The notes under the pieces: generated by a model
What the model saw: only the letters and a program-made list of their open reading frames with translations
Database searches by the model: none
Told to the model about the DNA's origin: nothing
In this document: in pieces, positions 19,100 to 28,951 of the stretch
Layout of the letters: every line of letters starts with the position of its first letter
How positions within the stretch are numbered: position 1 is the first letter of the stretch
Made by a program: the position numbers and the translations under genes
Assembly: GCA_964406895.1 (NCBI GenBank)
Contig: CAYOTK010000006.1
Location: forward strand, 557 to 64,556
Origin: an uncultured Candidatus Saccharibacteria bacterium
Lineage (GTDB): Bacteria; Patescibacteriota; Minisyncoccia; Phycocordibacterales; PALSA-1337
DNA: 64,000 bases
Direction of reading: 5' to 3'

Positions 19100-19870
19100 C
19101 TAAAGCACTGTTAATATTTCTGCATTACCCTTTGTAATCAAAATCGTATGCTCGAAATGTGCGCTCGGCTGACCATCTTCAGTCTTATAAGTATATCCAT
19201 CTTTATCCAAGAATATTTCTTTGCTACCGATATTAAACATAGGCTCGATTGCAATCACCAGTCCAGGACTAAGGATCATTCCTTTGTGAGCCTCACCGTA
19301 GTTTGGCACAAACGGATCTTCGTGTACACCATAACCTACACCATGCCCACACAATTCTTCTATCAAACCATAACCATTCGCCACGGCAATTCTTTCTATG
19401 GCCGAACTTATATCTCCGATTCTATTCCCTCCTTTTGCCTGCTTGATTCCTGCCATAAGTGCTGATTTTGTATCTTGAAGTAATTTACTCAATTCTTGCG
19501 AAACATTGCCAACTGGCAGAGTAATTGCCGCATCCGTGATGAGACCTTTATGCTTCAAACCCAAATCCAGACTGACTATATCTCCTTCTTTCAAAATCTT
19601 AACCTCTTCGTTTGGTATACCGTGCACTACTTCATCATTCACAGAAACACATAAAGCAGCTGGGTAAGGTTTTTTGGCACCCTTAGGTGTGTAATTCAAA
19701 AAAGCAGGTATATCACCACCCTCTTTTATGAGTTCTAGAGCATAATCATTAAGTTCTTTTGTACTAACACCAGGAATAACTTTCTTTGCAATTTCATTCA
19801 GGATATAAGCATGCCTTTTACCACCTTCTCTCAGAATAGCTATATCTTCTTTGGTCTTTAGTTTAACCAT
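19100..19870 (-). CDS. map: type I methionine aminopeptidase
   Basis: VHGIP ... DIVSLDLG ... GHGVGYGVHEDP ... metal-ligand motifs; secY-adk-map order. Confidence 0.9.
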   Translation of the reverse strand: MVKLKTKEDIAILREGGKRHAYILNEIAKKVIPGVSTKELNDYALELIKEGGDIPAFLNYTPKGAKKPYPAALCVSVNDEVVHGIPNEEVKILKEGDIVSLDLGLKHKGLITDAAITLPVGNVSQELSKLLQDTKSALMAGIKQAKGGNRIGDISSAIERIAVANGYGLIEELCGHGVGYGVHEDPFVPNYGEAHKGMILSPGLVIAIEPMFNIGSKEIFLDKDGYTYKTEDGQPSAHFEHTILITKGNAEILTVL

Positions 19871-19879
19871 ACTATGAGA

Positions 19880-20473
19880 CTACAACAAACCGACTTTTTG
19901 TACAATATCGGCATGAATGTCCTGCGGTTCTCTATTACCATCGACAACTATACAATTGTATCTTGGATTTTTCTTGAAATATTCGATCGTGGGCACTACT
20001 TCTGTTTTGTACCATTGCAAACGTTTTTTGATCTCTGATTCTTCATCGTCCAATCTCTTGCGTAAAAGAAGTCTTCTCAAAGATTCTTCTTCTGTAACAT
20101 CAATATCTATGACCCATATCTTGTGTATGCCATAAAATTCAAAAGCTGAATCTAGAACTTCTGCTTCTCGGATTTTCCTAGGCGTGCCGTCAAATATTAT
20201 ATGTTCATTGCCAGTATATCTTTCGACAAGTGCTCTAACCCACATATAAACAGCAATAAATTCTGGGAATAATCCCCCCGTATCATAAAATTTCTTGGCT
20301 AATTTCTCGGTGCTTGTATTACCTTGAATAAACTGCCGTATTTCTTGTCCTTCTTGTATACATAATTGCTTTATGTTTGGATCTTTGTTTTTGAGAACTT
20401 GAGAAAGTAGTTCTACTTGTGTTCCTTTTCCACTACCTGAACGTCCCGTGAAAATAAAAGATTGTTGTTGCAT
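19880..20473 (-). CDS. adk: adenylate kinase
   Basis: P-loop GRSGSGKGTQ, IFDGTPRKIREAEVLD; position between secY and map. Confidence 0.8.
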   Translation of the reverse strand: MQQQSFIFTGRSGSGKGTQVELLSQVLKNKDPNIKQLCIQEGQEIRQFIQGNTSTEKLAKKFYDTGGLFPEFIAVYMWVRALVERYTGNEHIIFDGTPRKIREAEVLDSAFEFYGIHKIWVIDIDVTEEESLRRLLLRKRLDDEESEIKKRLQWYKTEVVPTIEYFKKNPRYNCIVVDGNREPQDIHADIVQKVGLL

Positions 20474-20504
20474 GGTTATATTTTAACATAGAAATTATGC
20501 TCAG

Positions 20505-20860
20505 TGTTGAAAACACCGTTGTATTATGATTTTTGTTTGATTGCAAGGTCGCCATTCCAAATTGCAACCGTATTCGTCTTCGACAGTCCCCGTATTATTT
20601 TTGTAAAATCTCGAACTCCACTCATCATGTACGGGAATTTTCACAAAAGCCAGCTTCCAAGGCTTCAGCTGGCATTTGGAAAATTCAACCGTACATTCTT
20701 CGTGGATTATTCGAGATTTTACAAAAATAATACGGGGGCTGTTCTCGACAAATACGGGCAATTTGTTCATGGCTCAAATCGCATTGCAATTAAAAAAAAC
20801 ACATCACAACGGTGTTTTACCTTCGTGGATTATTTGAGATTTTATAAAACACTATTATGC
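20505..20860. repeat. MITE-like repeat-rich intergenic insertion between adk and secY
   Basis: Perfect 28-bp IR (20588-20615 vs 20710-20737), outer 13-bp IR aaaacaccgttgt / acaacggtgtttt (20510-20522 vs 20806-20818), 29-nt direct repeat 20698-20726 vs 20821-20849 (27/29), hairpin gccagct/agctggc 20649-20673. Confidence 0.65.
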
Positions 20861-20884
20861 TAAGCTCGACGAACAATAGAAATT

Positions 20885-22159
20885 TTAGTACTCTCTCATT
20901 GAAACCTGAGCATCGATCTTCTTCAAAAGATCTAGGACCACAGAGACAACGATAAGAAGCGCTGTACCACCGATAGCAAATGAACGACTAGAAGTGAAGG
21001 CTTGCATTATGAGAGGAAGAATAGCTACAACACCAAGGAATATGGCGCCAACCAAAGTGATACGAGTAACTATAGACGCGAGGTATTCTTGAGTATGCTC
21101 ACCAGGACGAACACCAGGAATGAATGCGCCTGAGCGCTGTAAATTCTCGGAAATCATCTTTGGATCAAATGTAACTGCTGTATAGAAGTAAGTGAAAGCA
21201 ACAACGAAGATGAAATAGAATGCTCCGTAAACAATTGGCTTGTTGAAAAATAGACTAAATGCAGAAGCATAGCCAGCCAAAGTTGGGAATGAAGTTGAAT
21301 GAGACAAGAAATTGGAAATAATCTGAGGGAAAAGAAGAATAGACAAAGCAAATATTATTGGAATAACACCTGCCTGATTGAGACGCAAAGGCAAATATGT
21401 AGAAGCACCGCCATAAACTTTGTTACCTCTAACTTGTTTGGCGTAAGTAACAGGAACTGATCTTTCGGCTTCAGAAACATAGACAACTCCTGCAATAACA
21501 ATAATACCAACTATAAGTGCGCCTATGTATATAGGAAGATCAGAAGGATTGAAACTGGCGAAGAATTGAGTGATTCTTGCAGGAAGAACAGCAACTATAC
21601 CAGAGAATATGATGAGAGAAACACCATTACCGATACCGAACTCTGATATAAGTTCACCGATCCACATGAGCAACATTGAACCCGCAGTTATAACAATAAT
21701 ATTGATAAGAAGCGAAAATGAACCCAGATGTGGCAAAACGTTTTGAGACTGCAAAACAGTCATGAAGCCAACAGCTGACAATATTGCAAGAGGAACAGCT
21801 AATAGTCGTGAATAATGAGAAAGTTTCAATCTACCAGCTTCACCCTCATCATGTAATAATGCTTTCCATTTTGGAAACATCATCGTTAAAAGCTGAATTA
21901 TGATAGAAGCTGTGATGAATGGACCTACTCCCAACATACCGATAGATCGATTGGACAAACCACCACCAGAGAAAATATTCAAAAAACCAAAAAACTGACT
22001 AGAAGAAAGGAGTTTGGACAAATTGCCGAGATCTACACTGGGAATAGGTATAGCGACCAAAAGTCTGAATAGGACCAATGCAAGAACAGTAAAGCCAAGC
22101 CTTTTCCTAAGTATAGGATCCTTGAAAGCCATACTCATTTTCACAAAAAAATTTTGCAT
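20885..22159 (-). CDS. secY: preprotein translocase subunit SecY
   Basis: 10-TM protein, GGLSNRSIGMLGVGPFITASIIIQLL; spc operon position. Start may be a few codons downstream of 22159. Confidence 0.95.
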   Translation of the reverse strand: MQNFFVKMSMAFKDPILRKRLGFTVLALVLFRLLVAIPIPSVDLGNLSKLLSSSQFFGFLNIFSGGGLSNRSIGMLGVGPFITASIIIQLLTMMFPKWKALLHDEGEAGRLKLSHYSRLLAVPLAILSAVGFMTVLQSQNVLPHLGSFSLLINIIVITAGSMLLMWIGELISEFGIGNGVSLIIFSGIVAVLPARITQFFASFNPSDLPIYIGALIVGIIVIAGVVYVSEAERSVPVTYAKQVRGNKVYGGASTYLPLRLNQAGVIPIIFALSILLFPQIISNFLSHSTSFPTLAGYASAFSLFFNKPIVYGAFYFIFVVAFTYFYTAVTFDPKMISENLQRSGAFIPGVRPGEHTQEYLASIVTRITLVGAIFLGVVAILPLIMQAFTSSRSFAIGGTALLIVVSVVLDLLKKIDAQVSMREY

Positions 22160-22164
22160 TGTTT

Positions 22165-22779
22165 TTATTTCTTAACGTTCCTCTTCTCGACTTTTTTGAC
22201 TGGTTTTGCTTCTTTCTTTGCATCTACTGACTTTTTTGTTTCTTTCTTTGCTTTTGGTGTTGATTCTGCTACTTCTTCTACTACTGGTGCGCTCGCAACT
22301 TTTGCAACTGGGGCAACAACTTCTTCTTTGACTACAAGTAATGTTACCACACCTCCCGCTTTCTCTATCTTCTCCTTTGCACTTGTAGAGATGAAACAAC
22401 CAGAAATATTGAGGGATTTGGTCAATTCACCATCACCAAGAATTTTAACAGTTGGTATTTTGCCAGACAAAGTACTCAATATACCCTTCTCAACTATTGT
22501 TGTTGGTGTAACACTTTCTCCTGCCTTGAATGATGTCTCCAAAGCTGAAAGGTTGACGATTTCAGGCTTGATGCTGTATGACTTGAAAGAATTGACTCCA
22601 CGACCGCGAAGCTTAGGAAGTTTCTTGATGATATCTCGCCATTCTGGTCTGCGCTTGTTACCAGCACGTGCTGATTGACCCTTACCTCCGCGACCAGCTG
22701 TTTTACCACGCTTGCCTCCACGAGCAACTATCATTCGCTTTGTATTTGGATGTATTCTTTTGAGTTGATGAGTTTGCAT
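22165..22779 (-). CDS. rplO: 50S ribosomal protein L15 with K/A/V/E-rich C-terminal extension
   Basis: MQTHQLKRIHPNTKRMIVARGGKRGKTAGRGGKGQ...; 204 aa versus ~145 canonical. Confidence 0.85.
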   Translation of the reverse strand: MQTHQLKRIHPNTKRMIVARGGKRGKTAGRGGKGQSARAGNKRRPEWRDIIKKLPKLRGRGVNSFKSYSIKPEIVNLSALETSFKAGESVTPTTIVEKGILSTLSGKIPTVKILGDGELTKSLNISGCFISTSAKEKIEKAGGVVTLLVVKEEVVAPVAKVASAPVVEEVAESTPKAKKETKKSVDAKKEAKPVKKVEKRNVKK

Positions 22780-22789
22780 GGTATTTGTA

Positions 22790-23485
22790 TTAATTCTTAG
22801 CTTTCATGTCTTTCCTAGAAACCTTAGTCAAATTGCTCAATGCTTCTATTGCTGACTTTGCATTATTAAGTTTGTTTTTACTTCCTGAAAGGAATTTGGC
22901 ACAAACGTCTTTTATACCTGCCAATTCGATGACTGAACGAGCCGAGCTTCCTGCTACGACTCCTCTACCTCTTGCAGGAAAAATCATGATGCGAGCACTT
23001 GCGTATTTGCCCTCTACTGCGTGAGGAATTGTCATTTGAGGCGAAAGAGGTATTTTGATCAAGTTCTTTTTGGCCTCTCTTGTGGCTTTCTCTACAGCAG
23101 ATGCTGTATCTATACTCTTACCAAGACCGACACCTACTCTGCCCTTCCTATCACCAGCCACAACTGCGACACTGAAATTCATACGACGTCCGCCAGATGT
23201 AACTCTTGTTACTCTGCGAATATCAATAATCTTACTGTCGAATTCTGGCTTGACTCTTTCGCGATTTTCATTTCTGTTGTTTCTAGAACCACCTCTTTGG
23301 CCTTGTGCTGAATTCTGGCCCCCATGTCCACCTCGACGTGCTGTGTCACCACGGCCTCTGCGACCCAAAGTAACTTTTGAAGCGCCCTCAGTCACAGTCA
23401 CAGTTGCCTCACTTGCAACAGGAATAACAGGAGCAGTATTTGCTGTATTAGTATCTGTATTAATTTTTGTGTCTTTTTCTGTCAT
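22790..23485 (-). CDS. rpsE: 30S ribosomal protein S5 with N-terminal low-complexity extension
   Basis: IIDIRRVTRVTSGGRRMNFSVAVVAGDRKGRVGVGLGKS core; ~80 aa T/N/R/G-rich N-terminal extension. Confidence 0.85.
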   Translation of the reverse strand: MTEKDTKINTDTNTANTAPVIPVASEATVTVTEGASKVTLGRRGRGDTARRGGHGGQNSAQGQRGGSRNNRNENRERVKPEFDSKIIDIRRVTRVTSGGRRMNFSVAVVAGDRKGRVGVGLGKSIDTASAVEKATREAKKNLIKIPLSPQMTIPHAVEGKYASARIMIFPARGRGVVAGSSARSVIELAGIKDVCAKFLSGSKNKLNNAKSAIEALSNLTKVSRKDMKAKN

Positions 23486-23494
23486 ATAAATATA

Positions 23495-23845
23495 TTAAAA
23501 TTCTAGTCCACCTTCTCGTGCGGCATCGGCTACGACTTTTATTTTACCGGTGTATAAATATCCACCCCTATCGAATACAACCTTGGTAATATTAGCGGCT
23601 TTTGCTTTTTTGGCAATATCGACTCCGAGCAATTTGGCCTGCTCTGTTGGTGTGCCTTTTGTCTTCTTTGTATCACCAGAAACAAGAGTGTGACCCTTAT
23701 CATCGTTTATGATCTGTGCGTATATATATTTGTGAGATTTGAAAACAGACAAACGAGGTCTTTCTGCTGTACCAGAAATCTTAGCGCGAGTTCTCGCTTT
23801 TCTTCTTATGAATTTCTGTTGCTTTGTTTTTAGGATGTTTGCCAT
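23495..23845 (-). CDS. rplR: 50S ribosomal protein L18
   Basis: C-terminal [22 protein letters not shown]; operon order. Confidence 0.9.
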   Translation of the reverse strand: MANILKTKQQKFIRRKARTRAKISGTAERPRLSVFKSHKYIYAQIINDDKGHTLVSGDTKKTKGTPTEQAKLLGVDIAKKAKAANITKVVFDRGGYLYTGKIKVVADAAREGGLEF

Positions 23846-23850
23846 GTTTT

Positions 23851-24384
23851 TTATGCGGCCTTCTTGCCTTGCTTACGTCTTATAACTTCATCTGAATATC
23901 TAATACCTTTACCAAGATATGGTTCCGGTTTCTTGATAGCCCTGACTTTTGCTGCGAACTGACCGACTTGTTCACAATCTATACCAGAAACTGATATACC
24001 ACTCTTATCAGAAACAACTTTGAGATCTGCTGGTATTGGTACAGATACTGGGTGTGAAAAGCCAACCGCCAAAACAAGATCCTTGCCTTTAACGTCTGCT
24101 TTGTAACCGATACCTTCTATGATGAGTTTCTTCTCATAAGCTTTATTTACTCCTGCAATCATATTCTTGAGATGTGAAGCATATGTTCCCCACAAGGCTT
24201 TTGCTTGTAGTGAGTTGTGATTGAGTGTCAAAACAACATTGTCTTTTTCGATTGCAATACCAATATCGTCTTTGAATCTTTTCTTCAATTCTCCCAATGG
24301 GCCTTTGACAACCACAAAACCGTCTTTGAGGGAGACCTCTGTCTTTGCTGGTATTATGATTGGTTTTTTGGCTATTCTTGACAT
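23851..24384 (-). CDS. rplF: 50S ribosomal protein L6
   Basis: [33 protein letters not shown]; 177 aa. Confidence 0.9.
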   Translation of the reverse strand: MSRIAKKPIIIPAKTEVSLKDGFVVVKGPLGELKKRFKDDIGIAIEKDNVVLTLNHNSLQAKALWGTYASHLKNMIAGVNKAYEKKLIIEGIGYKADVKGKDLVLAVGFSHPVSVPIPADLKVVSDKSGISVSGIDCEQVGQFAAKVRAIKKPEPYLGKGIRYSDEVIRRKQGKKAA

Positions 24385-24400
24385 AGTATTTTTTTATTTA

Positions 24401-24793
24401 TTACCAGATTCTGAACAAGACTTCTCCACCGACTTTGTTTTTCTTGGCTTCCATATCTGTCATCACTCCTTTTGGAGTAGACAAGAATGTATTGCCGAAA
24501 CCACTTCTGAAGACTCTTATATCACTGGATCTCTGATATATTCTCTTGGAAAGTTTCGAAATCCTCTCAACACCATTGACTCTGGCCATGTCACCTATAT
24601 ATGCAATACCAACTTCTAGGAATTTTGAATTACCTTCTGACTTCTTCTCGACTGAAGAAACATAACCTGCCTTCTTGAGAGCGTGAGCTATGTTTTCTAC
24701 GAATTTTGAATGAGAAACACGAATAGAAGGCTTGTTGGCGTCACTGCCATTCTTGATGCGAATTATGAAGTCTGAAACTGGGTCTGTTACCAT
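24401..24793 (-). CDS. rpsH: 30S ribosomal protein S8
   Basis: MVTDPVSDFIIRIKNG; 130 aa. Confidence 0.9.
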   Translation of the reverse strand: MVTDPVSDFIIRIKNGSDANKPSIRVSHSKFVENIAHALKKAGYVSSVEKKSEGNSKFLEVGIAYIGDMARVNGVERISKLSKRIYQRSSDIRVFRSGFGNTFLSTPKGVMTDMEAKKNKVGGEVLFRIW

Positions 24794-24972
24794 GATGATT
24801 TTTTTATACCTGGTATTGTGCCTTCGTTGGCAAATTCACGGAAACAAATACGGCAAAGATCGAAATCTCTCATATAACCGCGCTTCCTGCCGCATCTGAA
24901 ACAACGCCTAACGACGCGCGACTTGAATTTCGGCTTTTTCTGCGATCTTGCTATTACTGATGTTTTTGCCAT
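24787..24972 (-). CDS. rpsN: 30S ribosomal protein S14 type Z (zinc-binding)
   Basis: 61 aa, CFRCGRKRGYMRDFDLCRICFRE zinc ribbon. Confidence 0.9.
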   Translation of the reverse strand: MAKTSVIARSQKKPKFKSRVVRRCFRCGRKRGYMRDFDLCRICFREFANEGTIPGIKKSSW

Positions 24973-25075
24973 TTTATAACAATAAAACTTGGATTGGTCA
25001 GCTTTTTCGTCTTATGACTAAATGCTTCCAAACACTACCTTTAAGACACATATTTAATGAAACTTAAGGTAATGA

Positions 25076-25106
25076 TGATACTAGCAGATTGATATATTTT
25101 GGTCAA
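25076..25106 (-). promoter_or_regulatory. candidate sigma70-type promoter for rpsN and downstream spc genes
   Basis: On minus strand TTGACC (25106-25101), 17-nt spacer, TAGTAT (25083-25078), about 100 nt upstream of rpsN start. Confidence 0.35.
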
Positions 25107-25183
25107 TACTCCTCTCATTTATTATTACAAACGCAAAATCACATAATGCGCTATAATTCATGTATTAATAAATATCAAATCAT

Positions 25184-26131
25184 ATGAATCCAAAACCCAT
25201 AACAACACCAAAAGATTTCTTCCTAGATCTTACTTGGCTTATTGCTTTATACGCCAGTATTATAAGCCTCATCAACATATTGTTTGAGACCATCAATCGT
25301 TCTTTCCCTGATGTATTATCGTATCAAAACTACTATGTTGGAACATATGACACTTCTATTAGACTATCAATAGCCTGCCTTATCGTATTCTTCCCTGTCT
25401 ATATATTGATAACAAGATACGTAAGAAAAATTACAGAGAATGATCCGAGCAAGAAAGATATTCGCTCACACAAATGGTTTGTATACTTGACTGTATTTCT
25501 AACGAGCATAACCATGCTTGTCGACCTTATAGCACTCATAAATACATTCTTGAATGGAGAGATAACAACAAGATTTATCCTAAAAGTAATTGCCATATTG
25601 ATAGTGATGGGTGTGGCGTTTGGATATTACATGTTCGAACTCAGGAAAGAAGGCGTGAGTAATAAGATTGGAAATATATTTGTATCAATCTCAATATTGA
25701 TTACAGTAGGCACTCTTGTATATGCTTTCATAATCATAGGTTCTCCCAATCAAGAAAGACTGAGGAAAATAGATCAACAGAAAATATATGATCTACAAAA
25801 TATTCAGTACAAAATTCTAGATTATTGGCAGAAGCAGTCACGAATACCAGCAAGTTTAAATGTCTTGAATGATCCTATATATTCTTTCACCATCCCTCAT
25901 GATCCAGATTTTCGTTCAGGCAAGAATAGTTCTGACTATGTATATACAGTTATAGATGCAAACACCTTTGAATTATGTGCAGTATTCAATGCAAAAAGCA
26001 TCAACGACGCAGATAAGTATTCGAGCGCGTCTTATCCTGTCATGGCAAATGATGACAATTGGACACATGAACAAGGAATGAAGTGTTTCAAAAGAGTTTT
26101 GGACAAAACCAAATATCCACCGGTAAAATAA
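25184..26131 (+). CDS. polytopic membrane protein (5-6 TM) with C-terminal soluble domain, function unknown
   Basis: 315 aa; hydrophobic helices through residue ~190; precedes the HlyD-FtsX-ABC cluster on the same strand. Confidence 0.5.
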   Translation: MNPKPITTPKDFFLDLTWLIALYASIISLINILFETINRSFPDVLSYQNYYVGTYDTSIRLSIACLIVFFPVYILITRYVRKITENDPSKKDIRSHKWFVYLTVFLTSITMLVDLIALINTFLNGEITTRFILKVIAILIVMGVAFGYYMFELRKEGVSNKIGNIFVSISILITVGTLVYAFIIIGSPNQERLRKIDQQKIYDLQNIQYKILDYWQKQSRIPASLNVLNDPIYSFTIPHDPDFRSGKNSSDYVYTVIDANTFELCAVFNAKSINDADKYSSASYPVMANDDNWTHEQGMKCFKRVLDKTKYPPVK

Positions 26132-26172
26132 AGTGACGTTTGTGCTATAATTGAATTATAATAAATAAAAAA

Positions 26173-27687
26173 ATGAAGAAATCTTTCATAAGACGTCCTT
26201 TCGTATATGTTCCTATTGTCGTAGTTATTATTTTAATAATATTTGTTGTCGTATTTAGAGGTTCTAGCACAAAATATGAGACAACTATCGCCAAAAGAGG
26301 CAATTTCAAACTCGAAGTCTCCGCGTCCGGTCGCGTGGTCGCGAAGGATCGTGCCGATCTCGGTTTCGAACAAAACGGCAAAATCAGCGCAATATACGCC
26401 AAGGTCGGTGATTCAGTGAAAGTAGGCTCTCCGATAGCAAGCATAGAAAATGCAGATCTCAAAGCCGAACTTGCACAAAAATCCGCAAATCTTGCAAAAG
26501 AACAAGCCAAACTTGCTTCCCTATTACAAGGCACAAGACCAGAACAATTAGTCATAGACAAACAAAATTTTGCCGATTCTTCAAAGGCAATGATAATAGC
26601 AATGCGTTCAGCATACGCAATAGCAGAAGGCGCGATGCTTAACAATGCCGATACAATGTTTACGAATGGCAACAGTGTCAATCCAACTCTGAAAATAAAC
26701 GCGCAAAGTTACAACGAACAAAGAGATATGGAAGGTAGAAGACAGCAGATTACAGAAAGACTCAAGGCATGGAAAGATGCCATGACCAATATTACAGACA
26801 CAACAAATACCAAACAAATAGACAATGCTAGAGTTGCAGCAGAATCAGCATTTACTCTCATGAAGACATTCTCTGACAAATTGAGTTATATTACCAACAA
26901 TATATATGAGGGTAATTCGGGACTGAGTCAAAGCACTATAGATTCATACAAAAATTCCGCTAATGTATTGGGCACGAATATAGCAAGTGCATTAGAAACA
27001 TATCAAACCGCCTCGACCGCATGGAACAAATACAAAGCCGGCCTAGATCTTTCTCTTGCAGGAGCAACAAAAGAAGATATAGTCGCAGAGCAAGCACAAG
27101 TACAATCTGCAATGGCGGATGTAGAGGCAGCAAGATCAAAACTTGCCAAATCAATAATATTCGCTCCATTCGATGGCATAATAACAAAAGCCGATGGCAA
27201 AATTGGCGAAATCATTTCACCCAATACTTCTCTATTCTCTGTCATGAGCACATCTACTTTCGAAATAGAGAGTTATGTACCAGAAGTACATATAGCCAAT
27301 ATCAAAGCTGGCGACAAGGCTTCTGTGATTCTGGACGCATATGGAGAAGATGTAATATTCAATGCTCTAGTTTACTCCGTTGATCCTGCAGAAACAATAA
27401 AAGACGGCGTATCAACCTACAAAGTAACTCTTGTATTCAAAGATAACGATCCTCGTATCAAGTCAGGAATGACCGCTAGTGTCAAAATAACAACCTTAGA
27501 AAAAAATGACACGATTGTTGTACCACAAGGCTTCATAAAAATGATTGATGGTAAGAAAACAGTAACGATTCTGAATGGCAAAAACAAAACCACAGTACCT
27601 GTAGTAACAGACGGTTTATCAGCTTTAGGTCAATCAGAAATAGTACAGGGCCTCGCGGGTGGCGAAACCCTAATATTAGAAAAATAA
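26173..27687 (+). CDS. HlyD/MacA-family periplasmic adaptor (membrane fusion protein) of an ABC efflux system
   Basis: N-terminal TM anchor, biotin-lipoyl-like hairpin ISAIYAKVGDSVKVGSPIASIE, long coiled-coil (A/Q/K/E-rich), C-terminal beta-barrel region; 504 aa. Confidence 0.7.
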   Translation: MKKSFIRRPFVYVPIVVVIILIIFVVVFRGSSTKYETTIAKRGNFKLEVSASGRVVAKDRADLGFEQNGKISAIYAKVGDSVKVGSPIASIENADLKAELAQKSANLAKEQAKLASLLQGTRPEQLVIDKQNFADSSKAMIIAMRSAYAIAEGAMLNNADTMFTNGNSVNPTLKINAQSYNEQRDMEGRRQQITERLKAWKDAMTNITDTTNTKQIDNARVAAESAFTLMKTFSDKLSYITNNIYEGNSGLSQSTIDSYKNSANVLGTNIASALETYQTASTAWNKYKAGLDLSLAGATKEDIVAEQAQVQSAMADVEAARSKLAKSIIFAPFDGIITKADGKIGEIISPNTSLFSVMSTSTFEIESYVPEVHIANIKAGDKASVILDAYGEDVIFNALVYSVDPAETIKDGVSTYKVTLVFKDNDPRIKSGMTASVKITTLEKNDTIVVPQGFIKMIDGKKTVTILNGKNKTTVPVVTDGLSALGQSEIVQGLAGGETLILEK

Positions 27688-27690
27688 AAT

Positions 27691-28947
27691 ATGTTTTCTG
27701 CTCTCAATCTCAGAATTGGATTATTCCTAGCGATAAGACAAATCAAGAGGTCTAGCAAATGGACCAATGGTCTTATTATTTTCGTCATGATACTTACCTT
27801 CTTGAATCTAGTTATCATTTCTGGGATTCTAGTTGGACTTATTCAAGGAGCTGTTGATTCTGTTAGGAAACAATATACAAGTGACGTCATCATATCTACT
27901 CTCAAAGACAAAACGTTCATTGAATATAGTCCGGAAATATTGAAAATACTAGAGAAAGTACCGGAAGTACAAAACGTCAGTCCGAGATATATAGGAGGTG
28001 CAGTATTAGAAGCTAATTACAAAGAAAAAATCAACGATACAGACAAACCCAATACAGCAAATGCACAAATCGTCGGCATAAATCCAGAAGCAGAAGATGC
28101 AATTACAAATCTCAGTAAATTCGTCATAGAAGGTTCATATCTACAACCGAATGATTATGACCAAATACTTCTTGGTTCATATCTCTTGAAGAAATATTTA
28201 CCCGTCGACTCTCCAGGATTTAGTGCTCTCTATAACGTAGAAGTAGGTAGTAAAATAAGAATCAAAATTAACGGCGTCAATCGTGAAGTAACAGTCAAAG
28301 GCATCATAAAAACCAAAACTGATGAGGTCAGTATGCGCGCTTTCATGGTTGATACACAGCTACGAAGTATCATAGGCAGGAATGATTTCAACGTTTCAGA
28401 GATTTCAGTCAAACTCAAAGACGGTGTAGACCCTGCGCATGTACGAGATTATTTGAAAACAAACGGTATTGATAAATTCGCAAAAGTCCAAACCTATACA
28501 GATGCCGAACCCAAGTTCATCAAAGACATGATGAATACCTTTGCTCTTCTCGGTAATCTTATCAGTTCGATAGGCCTTGCTGTGGCTTCTATCACAATAT
28601 TCATTGTTATATTCATTAACGCTCTTACACGCAGGAAATATATTGGCATATTGAAAGGCATAGGAATAAGCGGTGAAGCCATAGAAGTTTCTTATATTTT
28701 CCAATCAATATTTTATTCGGTTACAGGATCTATTATTGGCTTTGTCGTGTTGTATGCAGTGCTCCAGCCAACAATTGCTGCTCACCCTATAAACTTCCCA
28801 TTCAGTGATGGCATTCTAGTCGCACCTCTTTCTGGCACATTTTTCCGCATTGCCCTTCTTGTCATTGCTACCGTCATTGCAGGTTATATTCCTGCCAGAA
28901 TGATTGTCAGAAAAAATACCCTAGATTCCATACTAGGTAGAAAATAA
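27691..28947 (+). CDS. ABC transporter permease, FtsX/MacB-like
   Basis: N-terminal TM, large extracytoplasmic domain, 3 C-terminal TM helices; 418 aa; start is 4 nt after the adaptor gene. Confidence 0.75.
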   Translation: MFSALNLRIGLFLAIRQIKRSSKWTNGLIIFVMILTFLNLVIISGILVGLIQGAVDSVRKQYTSDVIISTLKDKTFIEYSPEILKILEKVPEVQNVSPRYIGGAVLEANYKEKINDTDKPNTANAQIVGINPEAEDAITNLSKFVIEGSYLQPNDYDQILLGSYLLKKYLPVDSPGFSALYNVEVGSKIRIKINGVNREVTVKGIIKTKTDEVSMRAFMVDTQLRSIIGRNDFNVSEISVKLKDGVDPAHVRDYLKTNGIDKFAKVQTYTDAEPKFIKDMMNTFALLGNLISSIGLAVASITIFIVIFINALTRRKYIGILKGIGISGEAIEVSYIFQSIFYSVTGSIIGFVVLYAVLQPTIAAHPINFPFSDGILVAPLSGTFFRIALLVIATVIAGYIPARMIVRKNTLDSILGRK

Positions 28948-28951
28948 AAAT

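Noticed and set aside
20501-20863. ORFs 20501..20770 (-) and 20504..20863 (+) between adk and secY
   Set aside because: They coincide exactly with the nested inverted-repeat (MITE-like) element; their translations mirror each other, as expected for palindromic DNA.
22154-22678. Plus-strand 174-aa A/T/S-rich ORF
   Set aside because: Antisense to rplO and its lysine/alanine-rich tail; low-complexity reverse-frame artefact.
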